Source: Podarcis bocagei (lineage: Eukaryota). From it: a DNA stretch of 64,000 bases. Below are positions 1-12,478 of the stretch, piece after piece. How positions within the stretch are numbered: the first letter of the stretch is position 1; each line of letters opens with the position of its first letter. The stretch lies in assembly GCA_964188305.1 (NCBI GenBank), contig OZ076894.1, one strand, 5' to 3'. The notes beneath the pieces were generated by a model. The model was not told the origin of the DNA. It did not search any database and saw only the letters and a program-made list of their open reading frames with translations. A program made the position numbers and the translations under genes.

Positions 1-2893
1 TGGCAAATGCTTAAAAAAAGGATACATCTGGAAAAGTAGAAATAGGCAGAACTCGTGTTTGCAACAGTTACCTTGGGGCAATCCAATAGGGAGCAATGAT
101 ATACAAATGGGTGCTGTGCATGTGCTTCTCATGGCTGAGAAGCTGAGCTGTTCCTGTGCAACCCCCCACTGGATTGCCATAAAAAATTGCTCTCTGACCT
201 AAATACTGGTTCTATGTTCCTTCTCCTTCCTCCCAAGCAGGCAACTCATACTATTCAAAACCACTTGACTTGACAATCTCCCAAACTGGATTTTTTGGCT
301 CTGGGAAACATACATGGTACCCATTTGCATGTGCATTTTTCTCAGTTGCATTTGGGTGAACGTTAGTTTGGAATGATGCATTCCTGTTCGTTTATTCTGT
401 ACTGTTAGAATAAATTGCTTACATATGTCCTGTTACGCATCACACACCCACAACATTATACCAGTAAACTATTATTGTAAACAAGTTTTCTGACAGCCTC
501 AATTTCCCATTGTCAAATGGTATTATTTTACGCAAAAGAATAAGTTGTCTTTGCTAGCAGAGCCCGGCTCTGTATTGTATCTGCAGTTCTGTACTCATAT
601 GTCAAACACAACAAAAATGTTTGGGCAAGAATCATTGGGAAAAGAAGAAGCACTTCTCCAGGATCATTTTTATGGCCTTCACAGGAAATGTGGGGAAGCA
701 ATATATGTGCCTAATATTAGGCTTCCACGGTTACAACTATATTTTGTTCAAACATTGCCACTATCCTCATTATTATCCTGATTAATGACTCAGTCAAGGT
801 CTGCTGTGAGAGCTGTCTGCTATTACTGTTACACTTATTCCACAGTAAATCTCAATGTGTTATAATCCATGCAAACCACATGTCACTTTGTACTGTATAG
901 CAATACTTGCTTTATTGATCAAGTGTACAATATTTCAAAGATAACAGTACTAATGAATTTATTTTTGTCCCACAATAACTGTTAAAATACATTTAGGAAG
1001 TTCTATGACATCTTTCTCCACCCTAGGTTACTTTTAAGTTGAATTTCAATGGGTAAATATTTTCCATAAACAGAACATGTTCCTTGGGCTGTGCCAATTA
1101 CTTTTCTAATGCCATGCAATCTGAGAGAGGTATACCAGAGGACGGACAACATTATGAAATAAGAGAAAATGAAAATGGCTTATGAAATATAAAAGAAAAG
1201 CCATGTAAATGAGGCTGCATCATAACAGCACATGGATTACATTTCCCCAAGAAAAGTTGGAACGAGAATGCGCTAATGGAATCTGAAATCCCCTTCCTAT
1301 GATCACATCATTTATGACAATCAGGAAACCATAATTTTGCTGAAATAGCTGAGTTCTATAATTTTCATCAGAGGTATCATACAAGTCAGCACTCAGCACT
1401 ATGGTACCTGATTTATTCTGTCATTACTTTGAAAAATTGCCCTTTCGCATCTCTCTTCTATTACCACAGGGGGAAAGATGAACATTAGAATATTTATTGC
1501 ACTGATTCAGGGTGTCCGTATAAACACCTGTCACTGTCTTTGCTCCCTTGTGAATAAATTTCCCCAGCTCATCCACCCTGTCATTACAACTAGCCACTTC
1601 ATTTATTCAATTAGACAGGCATCACTTTGAAAAGTCATTACTTGTCAAACAGTCTCCTGAGCATAAATTTAGGAGCATAGCTGACTCACCTTACGATCAG
1701 AAACTACTGAACAACAAAATGAGGAAAATGAATGCACACATAATTATCTCAGTGCTTACTTGCTTTCTGCCAGTTCCCATGATAAGTTGAATTGGCATTC
1801 AATGGCAGTACACTTATTAACCCTTGCCTCCCAGTGAAATGTACCATATTCACATGAAAAGAAGTCTCTCTGTAACTAATCCCATAATAGCTAGAATTAC
1901 ATACCAAGAAACATGATCTTGTTAACTAGTCCTTAGACATCATTTCTGTGTCCTCTGGCTCCCATAACATTCTGCATCCTGGCTTCCTCCTTTCTAAGAT
2001 AGGTCTTTGCCTATCTTAAATCTGAGATCATTTCTTTCCTTCCATTACATAACTTCCAGTCAACATGAGTGTCATTAGTCACCTTTACTAAGCACCTGTG
2101 TGTCATTGCCGCCTGCAGTTAAATGGCAGGCACATATCACTCTAAAACTGGCAGCGTTCCAATGACAGGAGAAATATTTCCTCCATGCAACTTGTAATGT
2201 GTTTCATAATATGGAAGGAAATATACATGTTGCTATATTGCAGTTGTAGCTGGAGTCATACTGCTATGGAAGTCCCAATATATTTAAGCCTAAACTGTTT
2301 GAATGAAGAAGCTTCATGGGGCATCAAGCAAACTGTTTAATTGAAACAATAAAGCTCTCCGGTAAATCAGACATATTTACTTGAAAGCCACAAGTGAAAA
2401 GGGAGCTTGTGCCTGAGTAAGTGTACTTAGGATCACAGTTTAGCTGCTAAAAAACAACAACATCATTAGTGATGGCAGAGAAGAAAAAGGTTGGATAAAG
2501 CAGGTCAAGCAGAGAACTACGGGAAGGAAACATGGGCTTTCCTTTTCCTTTTTTTGAAACATGGATTTTTATCAGAGATTTAAGGGGGGGAATGCAGTAA
2601 ATACTAGAGATTTAAAAGAAGTAAAAGAATAAAAGAATAGTTGGAATTAAAGAATAAAGATATGTAAAAATGAGTAAAGGAAAGTTAATGAAGCAGGGAA
2701 GAACCACTACAAGGAACCAGAAATGGAAGGAAAATGTATGAAGTTTTTGGAAGAGAGCCTCAGGTACACAGCAGAATTCAGAAGGGGGGGGGGAGCAACT
2801 TAATGACATGTGCTAGCGCCATATCTGATTCTTTTTAGCTCTGAAAGGAATTGGTATTGGAGACGAGTAGGAATGGTGTATATTTCCTGCATA

Positions 2894-3247
2894 GGTAAAG
2901 GTAAAGGGACCCCTGACCATTAGGTCCAGTCGTGGACGACTCTGGGGTTGCGGCCCTCATCTCGCTTTACTGGCCGAGGGAGCCGGCGTACAGCTTCCAG
3001 GTCATGTGGCCAGCATGACTAAGCCGCTTCTGGAGAACCAGAGCAGCTCATGGAAACACCGTTTACCTTCCCGCCGGAGCGGTACCTCTTTATCTACTTG
3101 CACTTTGATGTGCTTTCGAACTGCTAGGTTGGCAGGAGCAGGGACCGAGCAACGGGAGCTCACCCCGTCGCGGGGATTCGAACCGCCAACCTTCTGATCG
3201 GCAAGTCCTAGGCTCTGTGGTTTAACCCACAGCGCCACCCGCGTCCC
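2894..3247 (-). mobile_element. Sauria SINE, full length (lacertid/POM-type)
   Basis: Minus-strand head GGGACGCGGGTGGCGCTGTGG with B-box GGTTCGAATCC and (ACCTTT)n tail; second copy at 39556. Confidence 0.9.
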
Positions 3248-3679
3248 CAATTCTGTTGTGGACTAAAAACCTCCCCCTCCCCCAATAACATATTTGTATA
3301 AAATACATTTCCCCACCAAATATTTGAATTGACAATGAGAGGCTTAGGCAACACTTATTTATTTGCATAGAAATACAGTGAGGCAATAGAGGAGCAATAA
3401 TGCTAGCTGTACTTGACACAGTTCCATGGAAACACATCTGGTGGGGGGAGACTAGGCACAGCATAATGCTTTTATGTAGTATGAAGAGGAAAACATTTCC
3501 TGGTGTTGGCATCGACTGAAGCTATGCTTATAAATTTGACATTAATTCAAATTAAAGAATAATTCTAGGATAGTCATGAATGCGTATTACTCATAAATTT
3601 TGTTTGACAGACAATGAATTAATTACATAGTCAGTATGAGTCCAGGAAAAAAGAATATTAAAATAAAATGGAGACTTAC

Positions 3680-3823
3680 CATTCTGAACATCCAGGACGT
3701 GATGCTTATCTAGGGTCCAGCCCCCCATGTTGGAGGCATCCAATTCATAGCCTTGTAAAATAGCTGTCCGTTTTTCCCACAGCGTTAGATCCAAACAAGA
3801 TTCATATTCATAACCTACAGATA
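3680..3823 (-). CDS. TENM3: Teneurin-3 exon (V)[47 protein letters not shown](G)
   Basis: tgcAG|TA TCT acceptor, AAT G|GTAAGT donor; 144 nt, phase 1-1; next exon not found within the window. Confidence 0.96.
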
Positions 3824-4752
3824 CTGCAATTAAAAATAAAATTATTTATTTATTTTTAAACTACCCTTCCTCTCTAGGTACCTGAAGACAGGTTCTAAGT
3901 ACTTTCACTGAACAGGGTTTCCAGTTACAGGGAGGTTTCTTGGCATGTTAACACAACACACTTAGAATATCAGTTTTTCCTCTGGGTTAGTGTTAGATAC
4001 AATCTAGAAAATATATATTTATAATTTTCAACAAATCTTTTGCAGGGATGGAGGTGACACACCTTTATAGCCTGCATGGCTAGAATTAGTTCAGGAGTCC
4101 CGTGTACTGTGTTTTGTCAACTCTAGCAATTATTCAGGGAGCAAATTTTAATCTGTGACTGAAGTTTCAGTCAATTAATTGTACTGACTGATTAAAGCTT
4201 GAAGCTCTATATACACATGATATATTGATGCTCACTTGAAATAATTTAAAGCCTTGAGTTGTTGAAAAACATCAGATGTTTAATAGCAATTTAAGGCAAT
4301 TAAAATCATTTTGTTTTTTGAAAGCACCACAGGCAGTCCAAGACTTTTTCTGCGAAAATGATGGTGCAACTATTTCCCCCATCTTAGTCTGTCTCAGACC
4401 TGATCAACACAGTCCTCACAATTTGTTACTTCCAGGTACTAGTTTGGTTAGATGTGATAATTACAAACGAAGTGTAATTACTTTGTGATTTTACAGTTCC
4501 ATTCATTTTATAAAAATGAAAAAATATGTCTATACCACATTTCAATTCTAAGAAGAGCCCTCAAGTCAGCTTACAACAATTTACTGTTAATAGTAAGCTG
4601 TTGTAACAGTAATTGTTAACAATTATAAGTTTAAATTCATTCTACACAGCATACTGAACTTCTCGTATATCTTCATTATTAAATATTATTCTATGTTTTC
4701 TAGATAATGCAAACAAGCAAACAAAACCCATAATAACACAAATAAGACCTAC

Positions 4753-5020
4753 CAACAGCTTCAGATAAACCATAGACCTTTTGGTTATACGCGTCAGTTT
4801 TATCCCATATGAATGTGTAAGCCAAATTTGGGGATGCAGGGAACCATTTTTGGAAAAGTCTTCCCACCACTGCCACCATAAGATGAACCTTCATTAAGTT
4901 AAATGGTATCACTGACTGCGTCATGGTGATCTTAAGAACGGATTTATACCCTGCAGCTCTGGAGCTTAAATAAGACAGTTTCAAATCAGTTCCTGGGACT
5001 GTGGTCTCCTCATGTAGTAC
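4753..5020 (-). CDS. TENM3: Teneurin-3 exon, FN-plug region [25 protein letters not shown]...YGLSEAV(V)
   Basis: tttAG|GTA CTA acceptor, GTT G|GTAGGT donor; 268 nt, phase 0-1. Confidence 0.96.
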
Positions 5021-5326
5021 CTAAAAAATAAAAAGAGGAAAATGACAAATTAATCTCAACTAGGAAGAATTTTAGTGCATGTGATTGATTAGAAACTATC
5101 AGAAATACGTTTTCTGTAGAAGGATGCAATTGTTTAAACAATTATTGGGTTGACTACCTAAACTTCTGAAGCATGATGTGATTTTTTTTTAGGATGAATA
5201 TATGCGAAAGTTTTTACAACCATATTTCCTACAGCAATTGCTGCATCAATGGATGTACTAGCTAGAAAATAACTGTCACATATATACATGTGTACAAAAT
5301 ACTGTGATCTGAGTTCTGTAAAAGAC

Positions 5327-5576
5327 AATCATAGAATCATAGAATCATAGAGTTGGAAGAGACCACAAGGGCCATCAAGTCCAACCCCCTGCAATGCAGG
5401 AAACACCATCAGAGCACTCCTGACATATGGTTGTCAAGCCTCTGCTTAAAGACCTCCAAAGAAGGAGACTCCACCACACTCCTTGGCAGCAAATTCCACT
5501 GTCGAACAGCTCTTACTGTCAGGAAGTTCTTCCTAATGTTTAGGTGGAATCTTCTTTCTTGTAGTTTGGATCCATT
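5327..5576 (-). mobile_element. CR1 LINE 3' fragment
   Basis: (ATTCTATG)n tail on the minus strand followed by typical CR1 3' sequence; homologous to 55081-55310. Confidence 0.85.
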
Positions 5577-5655
5577 GGATCTAAACAATGGTTTAGGAAG
5601 GAATGGTCTGTATGCCTCCCCTCCTTCATGAGCCCGGCTTGGTGCTGTGATCTTT

Positions 5656-5903
5656 TTTTCTTTTTTTTTTTTTGAAAATAATATTTATTACTTTCCCAAC
5701 AATTTAAATACAACACTACAAAAAAAAGAACAATACAATGCAATACAAAAACACTACATAACACTGACACATTAAACTAACATAGCCAAACAAAAACAGT
5801 TTAAAACACATCAAACAATTTCAGTATCTTATCTTTCATTCACTTATTTCCACGACCTCCTCACACCTCCCTTTTTGTATTCCACTTCTGTTAGTTGTTT
5901 CAG
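5656..5903 (-). mobile_element. 5'-truncated L1-type retroposed fragment with poly(A) tail and 15-bp TSD
   Basis: TSD ggtgctgtgatcttt at 5641-5655 and 5904-5918; poly-T at the left end; AATAAA just before the tail on the minus strand. Confidence 0.8.
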
Positions 5904-8900
5904 GGTGCTGTGATCTTTGTGTGTTTAAACCAGAAATTTAAACCAAGATTTCATCCTGCTCTGAAATTCTGGTTGGTAAATCCAGCAGGATTGAAGCACT
6001 GCAGCCATCACAGGACAGGCATGCACACATGCCCTTCTGCTTTGAAGTCCTTTTTATTTTGGAACCTTTCTATCTGGGAAATCTGCCTCTTACGGTCCAA
6101 TCAAACTTATTTCCTGTCTTGCCATGGTTCCTTTAAAAAGCCACACAAAACCTCCCTGAAATATATCCCTCATCAACTGATGTGGGTGAAGAGGAAATGA
6201 ATGTGAGGGCATTTATTGCCAGTGTTGATTCCCTCAAGAAGCAGGCTGGGAAAAGAGATGGGGGGAAGGTCAGACACCTTTGGACATGCAGGCTGAGAGC
6301 TGTATGAGTCTCTCTCTACCTGGGTTGAGGCTCTGGTGAGCAGGATGACCGTGTATCCTGCAAAACCCCTGGGAGAGTTGCCTTTTCAGGTTAGAGGGAA
6401 ATGGTACTCAGCCTTCACATCAGCTGCTTCTGGAGTCTGATGAACCACTGGTGTGTTTGGCCCTTCTGACATCATCTGTGTAGTCTGGGGGCCTCTCAGC
6501 CCCCAGATGGTACAGCAAGAGGATGTGCATGGAGACATACCCCTGGGAAAGTGGAGTGGCACATCACTTCTTTTACAGAGATGAGCTGCTCTTCTTTAAA
6601 GTCTAAACATACCCCTCTCTGATTTTCCTGCTTCTACTTACTATATTTCACAATTTAGTTCTAATTACTAATTACTATGGTTTTGTTGTATGGCATTTCA
6701 AAATATTGCCTTCAGAATATTTACATTGGCAATTTTTCAAGGAAGATGTTTAAAACAGAAATTTTCTTTCTCAAGCTAGATGGCTGCCTTAGGGAAAGCT
6801 TCCTCATGCATTCTGATCAATATTCAACCCTTTCTCATATCAGGAGAGCACAATGATTCAATCTTCTTTTTAGAGCCTTTCTTGCCTAGAAAAGTGTGTG
6901 GGTGATAGTTAGACAAGATGGGTTTCTGTCTTCCATGGATTGAGGTAGTCAATCATCTTTATTTCATTCAAGACTTCCAACTAGATTTTTTTCTTAACCA
7001 CACCACTAAAGCTTTAGCTGTAAAGCCACCAAACAGCTCCATTAAGATGAGAAGATTTCTAAAAAGACAACGATAAATCTCATATCACTAAAATATGGTG
7101 CCTCTGAAACACATAAAGCTCAATTCTCAGGATGTTGGCCACCAACTCAAAAAGCTGCCTCAAAGTTAGCCTAACCCAAGCTTCCAGGTAGGAGCCATCA
7201 AGGAAAGATCTGCACTGCTCAGCAGCATTCCAGTTTAGGAGCTGCTGCAGACTAACTGGTTCTGCAAGTGCATGTTGATGCCATTCAGGCAATTTGCAGG
7301 GCAATGCAACAGCCACCATGGCCAAGTTTGGAGAGAAGCATCTCCCGTTGCAAGATCTCAGGGCACACCACGCTTCATGTGGCTCCATGAGCTCTCATGA
7401 GGGGGATACGGTGGCAGGAATCATTAAGAAGTCCTGCCTCACTGGTTAACAGTATAAGCAGTATTCAATGCAAGTCTTAATCAAAGTAGACCCACTGAAA
7501 TTAATGGCGCTAAGCTATGCTCATTAATTTAAAACTGAGCAAAACTGAGCTGAATAACCACGTTTACCAGACAAGAGTCTCCCTTCTCCCAAACAGAATC
7601 CTGCAATTGTGGGTTAGGTCTTGAAAACTGCAAGTGGAAGGAAGCTCTGCCCCCTCCTCCCTCTGAAAAAACCCCCTCTGTGGGGAGTGGGAGGGACCCC
7701 TTTCAATAGCATGGCATAGGGTGTGGGTGGCAACTGCTGCCACCTGATCTTGGATGGGGCAATTGCCCAGGCTTCACTGCATACTGTTCAAGAAAATGAG
7801 CCCAAGCTGCATTCTGGTGTTTCACTTTTTCCTTTGTCTAGCTGGGAGCAATGAACAACAAACTTTAGTTTTAGTGTGGTGTCTGAACCAGTGCTTATGG
7901 ATTGTTTCTCCCAAACAACCATGTTCAGGAAGCCAACAGCAAAATTTGGCTTCACGTGGTAATTTGTTTGGACAGAAACAAATCATGAGTGTTGACTAAG
8001 ATATCAAACTAAGTCAAGGATTGTCTTACATTATGATTTGAACAAATCATACACCTTGGCTTAATGTTATCTGTGATTGCTGTTCTTTTCTGCCACCAGA
8101 CTGTCCTGGCAAACAGTAAAGTGTTAATAAAGCTTTGAATCCATAACTAGAGTAGCACACTGGTATGCTCTGAAAATGATGCAGAATGTTGCCAACTCAT
8201 TTTACTACTGTAGCTGATTCTAGTGAAGGAAAACCAAATGGAAATGAACTTATTTGTTTTGTTTTTCAAGTTATCACTTACACATACTTTATATGTCTTG
8301 CTTGATAATTTCTTTGAAAAATTACACTGTTCACTTGCAAGAAAGCCTGGAACTGTATTGATTTATTGTGACTAATGGTTTTTGTGAGAGATGAGGATAT
8401 TCAATATTATGTATTGTGCATCTGAGCTTAACATTCAGCCCTTGGGAATTATATATATGCGTCACTTCTACAACAGAAAGTAAGAATCCTGTGAGTGCAC
8501 AGAGTTTGGAGAAAGCACCCCTATAATTTCTGTTTCCCCGGAAAAATACATATCAGATATGTATTAGCAACAGCGCTAATGTGCCCACACATCATAAAAA
8601 GCTATTCATATTAGTACAGTTTAAATAAAATCAAGGTGTGAAAGTTTACTTTTTTCTTAAAACAATCCTTTTTTTCAAAGCACTTTACCGAGAGGCTTGT
8701 AAATTATTAATTTTAATTGTTTATAGACTTGAGTTTAGACATTTCATCAGCTACTGCCAAAAATCAAAGCTATGTTGCCACGGGTAGTATTTTGAAACTA
8801 ACTTTTGATCTCATCTGCAGTAACCAAAGGCAGAGGCATAACAGTGACAGATAAAACTGGCTCCTGCTTAATTATTCTGTGTTTTCCTTTAGGCTTCCAG

Positions 8901-9465
8901 TCCACATCAACGAATGATTGTGTTTCATCCCCTTCCACCTTACAATGCTAATGGAGTAGGGCATTATGAGTCTAAAACACAAGTTTTATAGCAGAATGTT
9001 TTGAGTTGCCTAAATAATATTACATAGCAGTCCTTAATTTCAAAATAAAAACAACTCTTCATTTTGAAACATGCTATAGGTCACACCATGTATTTCAATA
9101 TGCTGATAACCTTGTAATTCCTAGATCCTTCCCAATGTCTATTTTATTGCAGCCCATATATCCTAAGCAGTAACACATTTCCTTAAATTTTAACTTGCTT
9201 TCAGATGCCACATTTAGCTTCCATGGCAAACACTGTGGAGGCAGTCATCACCACAAGGGACAGATTAACTATTGCCATTAACACATGTTAAGGAGGGGAG
9301 GGGGGGAGACAAAGCAACCAGGAAAGGGTAGGAAGCCGGGTAGCAGCAGTGGAGTTGACAAGGCACTGAATGTGGGGGCCCTAGAAGGAACATTGCCCCC
9401 AGCCCCCCTTACTTAGAAAGGGTCCTGATTCTCACAAATATATTTGGACTTAAGATGTATTGTAC

Positions 9466-9727
9466 CTGCGTCTCAGGAATAATAGGACTGTCCTCAGGGG
9501 AAATCCTGAACAAGGTAGAAAGAGGTGATGATACAATGACAGGATTTGGTCTCACAAATCCACTCAGATCGCAGCTGGGAATGTCATTCTCCTCCTTCTT
9601 CATGACCAGGGTGTCCATGACATAGAAGACGTTCCATGGAATCCAAACTGTGTGGTATTGAGTAAGGAATGGTGACCGTTCGAACACTAGGGTTAAAGAT
9701 GCGCCTCCATTTGCCACCAGGTCAAAC
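9466..9727 (-). CDS. TENM3: Teneurin-3 exon (M)[20 protein letters not shown]...SPIIPETQ
   Basis: attAG|G TTT acceptor, CAG|GTACAA donor; 262 nt, phase 2-0. Confidence 0.96.
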
Positions 9728-9969
9728 CTAATGTAAATCAGATTATTATTGTGTAAAATGCCTTAAATTTACATCTTGCTCACAAACATATATACAATTT
9801 AAATTTGAAGATTCTTATTAAGTTTGTCAGAAGAAGCAGTAGCCCTTTTCTCGTGTGTGTGTGTGTGTGTAGACATAAACACACACACACATCTCAAAAC
9901 AACTTTTGATGAAATAAGGCAAGTTAATTTTCTGTACTGCTATCTCAACATACGTGACATGAAACTTAC

Positions 9970-10089
9970 ATTCCATCTTGGCGAGTGATAGTGTACCCAT
10001 AATCTGGATAATGTAAAAACGACACATTAACTCCAATGAGTGGTGTTCCATCTGCTGTCAATACTTGGCCCCTTATAACAGATGCAAGG
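9970..10089 (-). CDS. TENM3: Teneurin-3 exon, TTR-like domain (S)[39 protein letters not shown](M)
   Basis: Correct frame not in the ORF track; tacAG|C CTT acceptor, GGA AT|GTAAGT donor; 120 nt, phase 2-2. Confidence 0.95.
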
Positions 10090-10408
10090 CTGTAGGGAAA
10101 GGTACAAAATTACAGCATTTAATATTTTCTCAAACAAGTACTTCCATGCCAATGTACCAAAGTATAAACATCCTGTTAGTTCACAACGTTGTATACTGTG
10201 CAGCCACTGCCTTATTTCAAAACTCATTTGGATCTATAGTCTCTCTGAGATGGTTTCCGTGTACACCTAATTACTTACAGTGTGAATATGACAAACACTT
10301 GCATCATACAAATACAGTGGTAACTGATTGGTTTGTTGTCACATGTACACTCAGCAGCAGATCTGGGTTCGCCTCTGTGTTCACATGTGAAAATACTGTC
10401 TGCTTATA

Positions 10409-10650
10409 CAGTGGTACCTCGGGTTACATGTGCTTCAGGTTACATACGCTTCAGGTTACAGACTCCACTAACCCAGAAATATTACCTCGGGTTAAGAACT
10501 TTGCTTCAGGATGAGAACAGAAATCGTGCTCTGGCGGCGCGGTAGCAGCGGGAGGCCCCATTAGCTAAAGTGGTGCCTCAGGTTAAGAACAGTTTCAGAT
10601 TAAGAACGGACCTCCGGAACGTATTAAGTACTTAACCTGAGGTACCACTG
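10409..10650. mobile_element. Tc1/mariner-pogo (Tigger-like) MITE
   Basis: TIRs CAGTGGTACCTC...GAGGTACCACTG, TA on both sides; near-identical copy at 20015. Confidence 0.9.
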
Positions 10651-11800
10651 TACAGTAGAATCCTGGGCATGTTTATTTAGAATTCCCACTGAATTCCATG
10701 TGGCTTACTTCCTAGTAATGGTATTCAGAATTGAACTGCTGCATCTCGCTTGCTAACTCTGCAAACGTGAGCACCCTCACTTGGTGGTAGGTTTCAATGG
10801 GATCAAAATAACTTCCTTCTAAGCCAATGGCTGAAATCTGATAAATATAAGGAGTACCCTCAGTATGAAGCAGGATTTTTATTTTGTTTTGTTTTTTCAA
10901 ACAAAAGCCTCCTGCGCTGCACTGTAAGAATCTTTTTAAGTTCCTTGAATTTTAAAAGCCGTTTATGATATGCTACAGTAGGAGGGAACTGCTGTTTGGA
11001 TAGACCCCTACTACCGCGAACAATCTCTTGACTGCATATAAAGGGGCTCTCTGGATCACAACCAAAGCATTTTGGATCAGTGTGCAAAATTAATAAATTA
11101 GCAATGGTGTTTTAAAATTATAAACTCAAGGCTTTCCTTCTAAACAGCCTATCTTTTTGCACTTCCCTACGGAAAAGTGTTTTGCCAATTAATTTTTAGG
11201 CAATCTGTAAATCTGCGGGGGCTGCAAAGCACAGAATTTAAAGGAGTAATAAGGAACATTTGTGTTACAACTTTTAATCAACCGCTGTGCTCAACTACAT
11301 TAATGCAGCTAAATTACTGCAGACACAGGAGTTCCAGAGTAAATCATCTACTTTCACTCAGTAAGGCACAGGACACCTGCTTTCAGTTACTAGCTTATTT
11401 TCAGGTATATAACCACTCTGCAAAGCACCAGGCAGGCAGCTTCTGCAATCATACTGTCATGCAGTTAACAGTTCTATTACATTAATTCATAATTTATATT
11501 ATTTACTGAGCTCAGCTTTAAAAGTGCATCACTGTCTTCCCTTCTGAGGCGTTTTCATCACTTTGATACACTTCCAACTGTGCTAACCCAAATCAGCTGG
11601 GTCAATGAAGATTTATATAATCCTTAATGGAATGCCCTGTTAGAACTTAGACAGTACACAGTATAAAAAGCTATGTTAAAGCAGTATCGCTGTCTGTCTG
11701 AGGTTTTGTACAAAATCAGCCATGCAGAGTCCCAAATTTTGTACTTTTCCAACTATCTTTGAAACAAAGTCTAGCAAAAGGAATAACAGAAAACCCTCAC

Positions 11801-12017
11801 CTTTTATTGAAAGGGCTTTCCCCAGGAATGACATGGGAGCTGTCCGGTCCTATAAGAAAACTTATCCGATCGTAAAAGGATTTGGCAGCTTGCTGAGATG
11901 GTGACTGCTGGCTTTGGCTAATGATATCTTGTGGGTCCGGCAGTCCACGGCAGTAGGGCTGGTTTTGGCAGGAACTCTGCAAACAGCAGTCAGGATCCAT
12001 GCAGTCAATTAATCCAT
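11801..12017 (-). CDS. TENM3: Teneurin-3 exon, Cys-rich region (D)[11 protein letters not shown]...GESPFNK(S)
   Basis: tgtAG|AT GGA acceptor, AAA AG|GTGAGG donor; 217 nt, phase 1-2. Confidence 0.96.
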
Positions 12018-12478
12018 CTACAGACAAAAAAGTTAGAAGAAAAGGAGCAATACTTCCTATTCATTTCCCCTAATGAGCAATTAAAGACAACAATCACATT
12101 CAGCAGTTTTCACAGTGTAAATAATAAGCAAAGATATTAGAAGTTTAGAAGTTATTTCAGGCCTTTCAGAGGAATAAAGGACAGATACTGTGCTAAGTAA
12201 TAATCTGAAAGCAATGAAGAAGAGGGTCCATGTTGCAAATGTGGCATATATAAATTTGCATATTAAAGAAACTCGAGACAAAATAAATAAGAGAAATAGC
12301 ACACACACAACAGAACTGGATGAATATCTAAAAAGTGCATACAAAAACACAGTTATTATAAATATAATGCAAACATCACAACTGCATAACCACACCAAGG
12401 AAAGGCTGAAAACCAGTTTACTTTCCAAGTTAACATGTCAACTGTCAGAATCCTGACTTTCAGGATCCTAAGCTATAA

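Noticed and set aside
3150-3247. tRNA gene
   Set aside because: A/B-box-like sequence is the tRNA-derived head of a Sauria SINE; no cloverleaf
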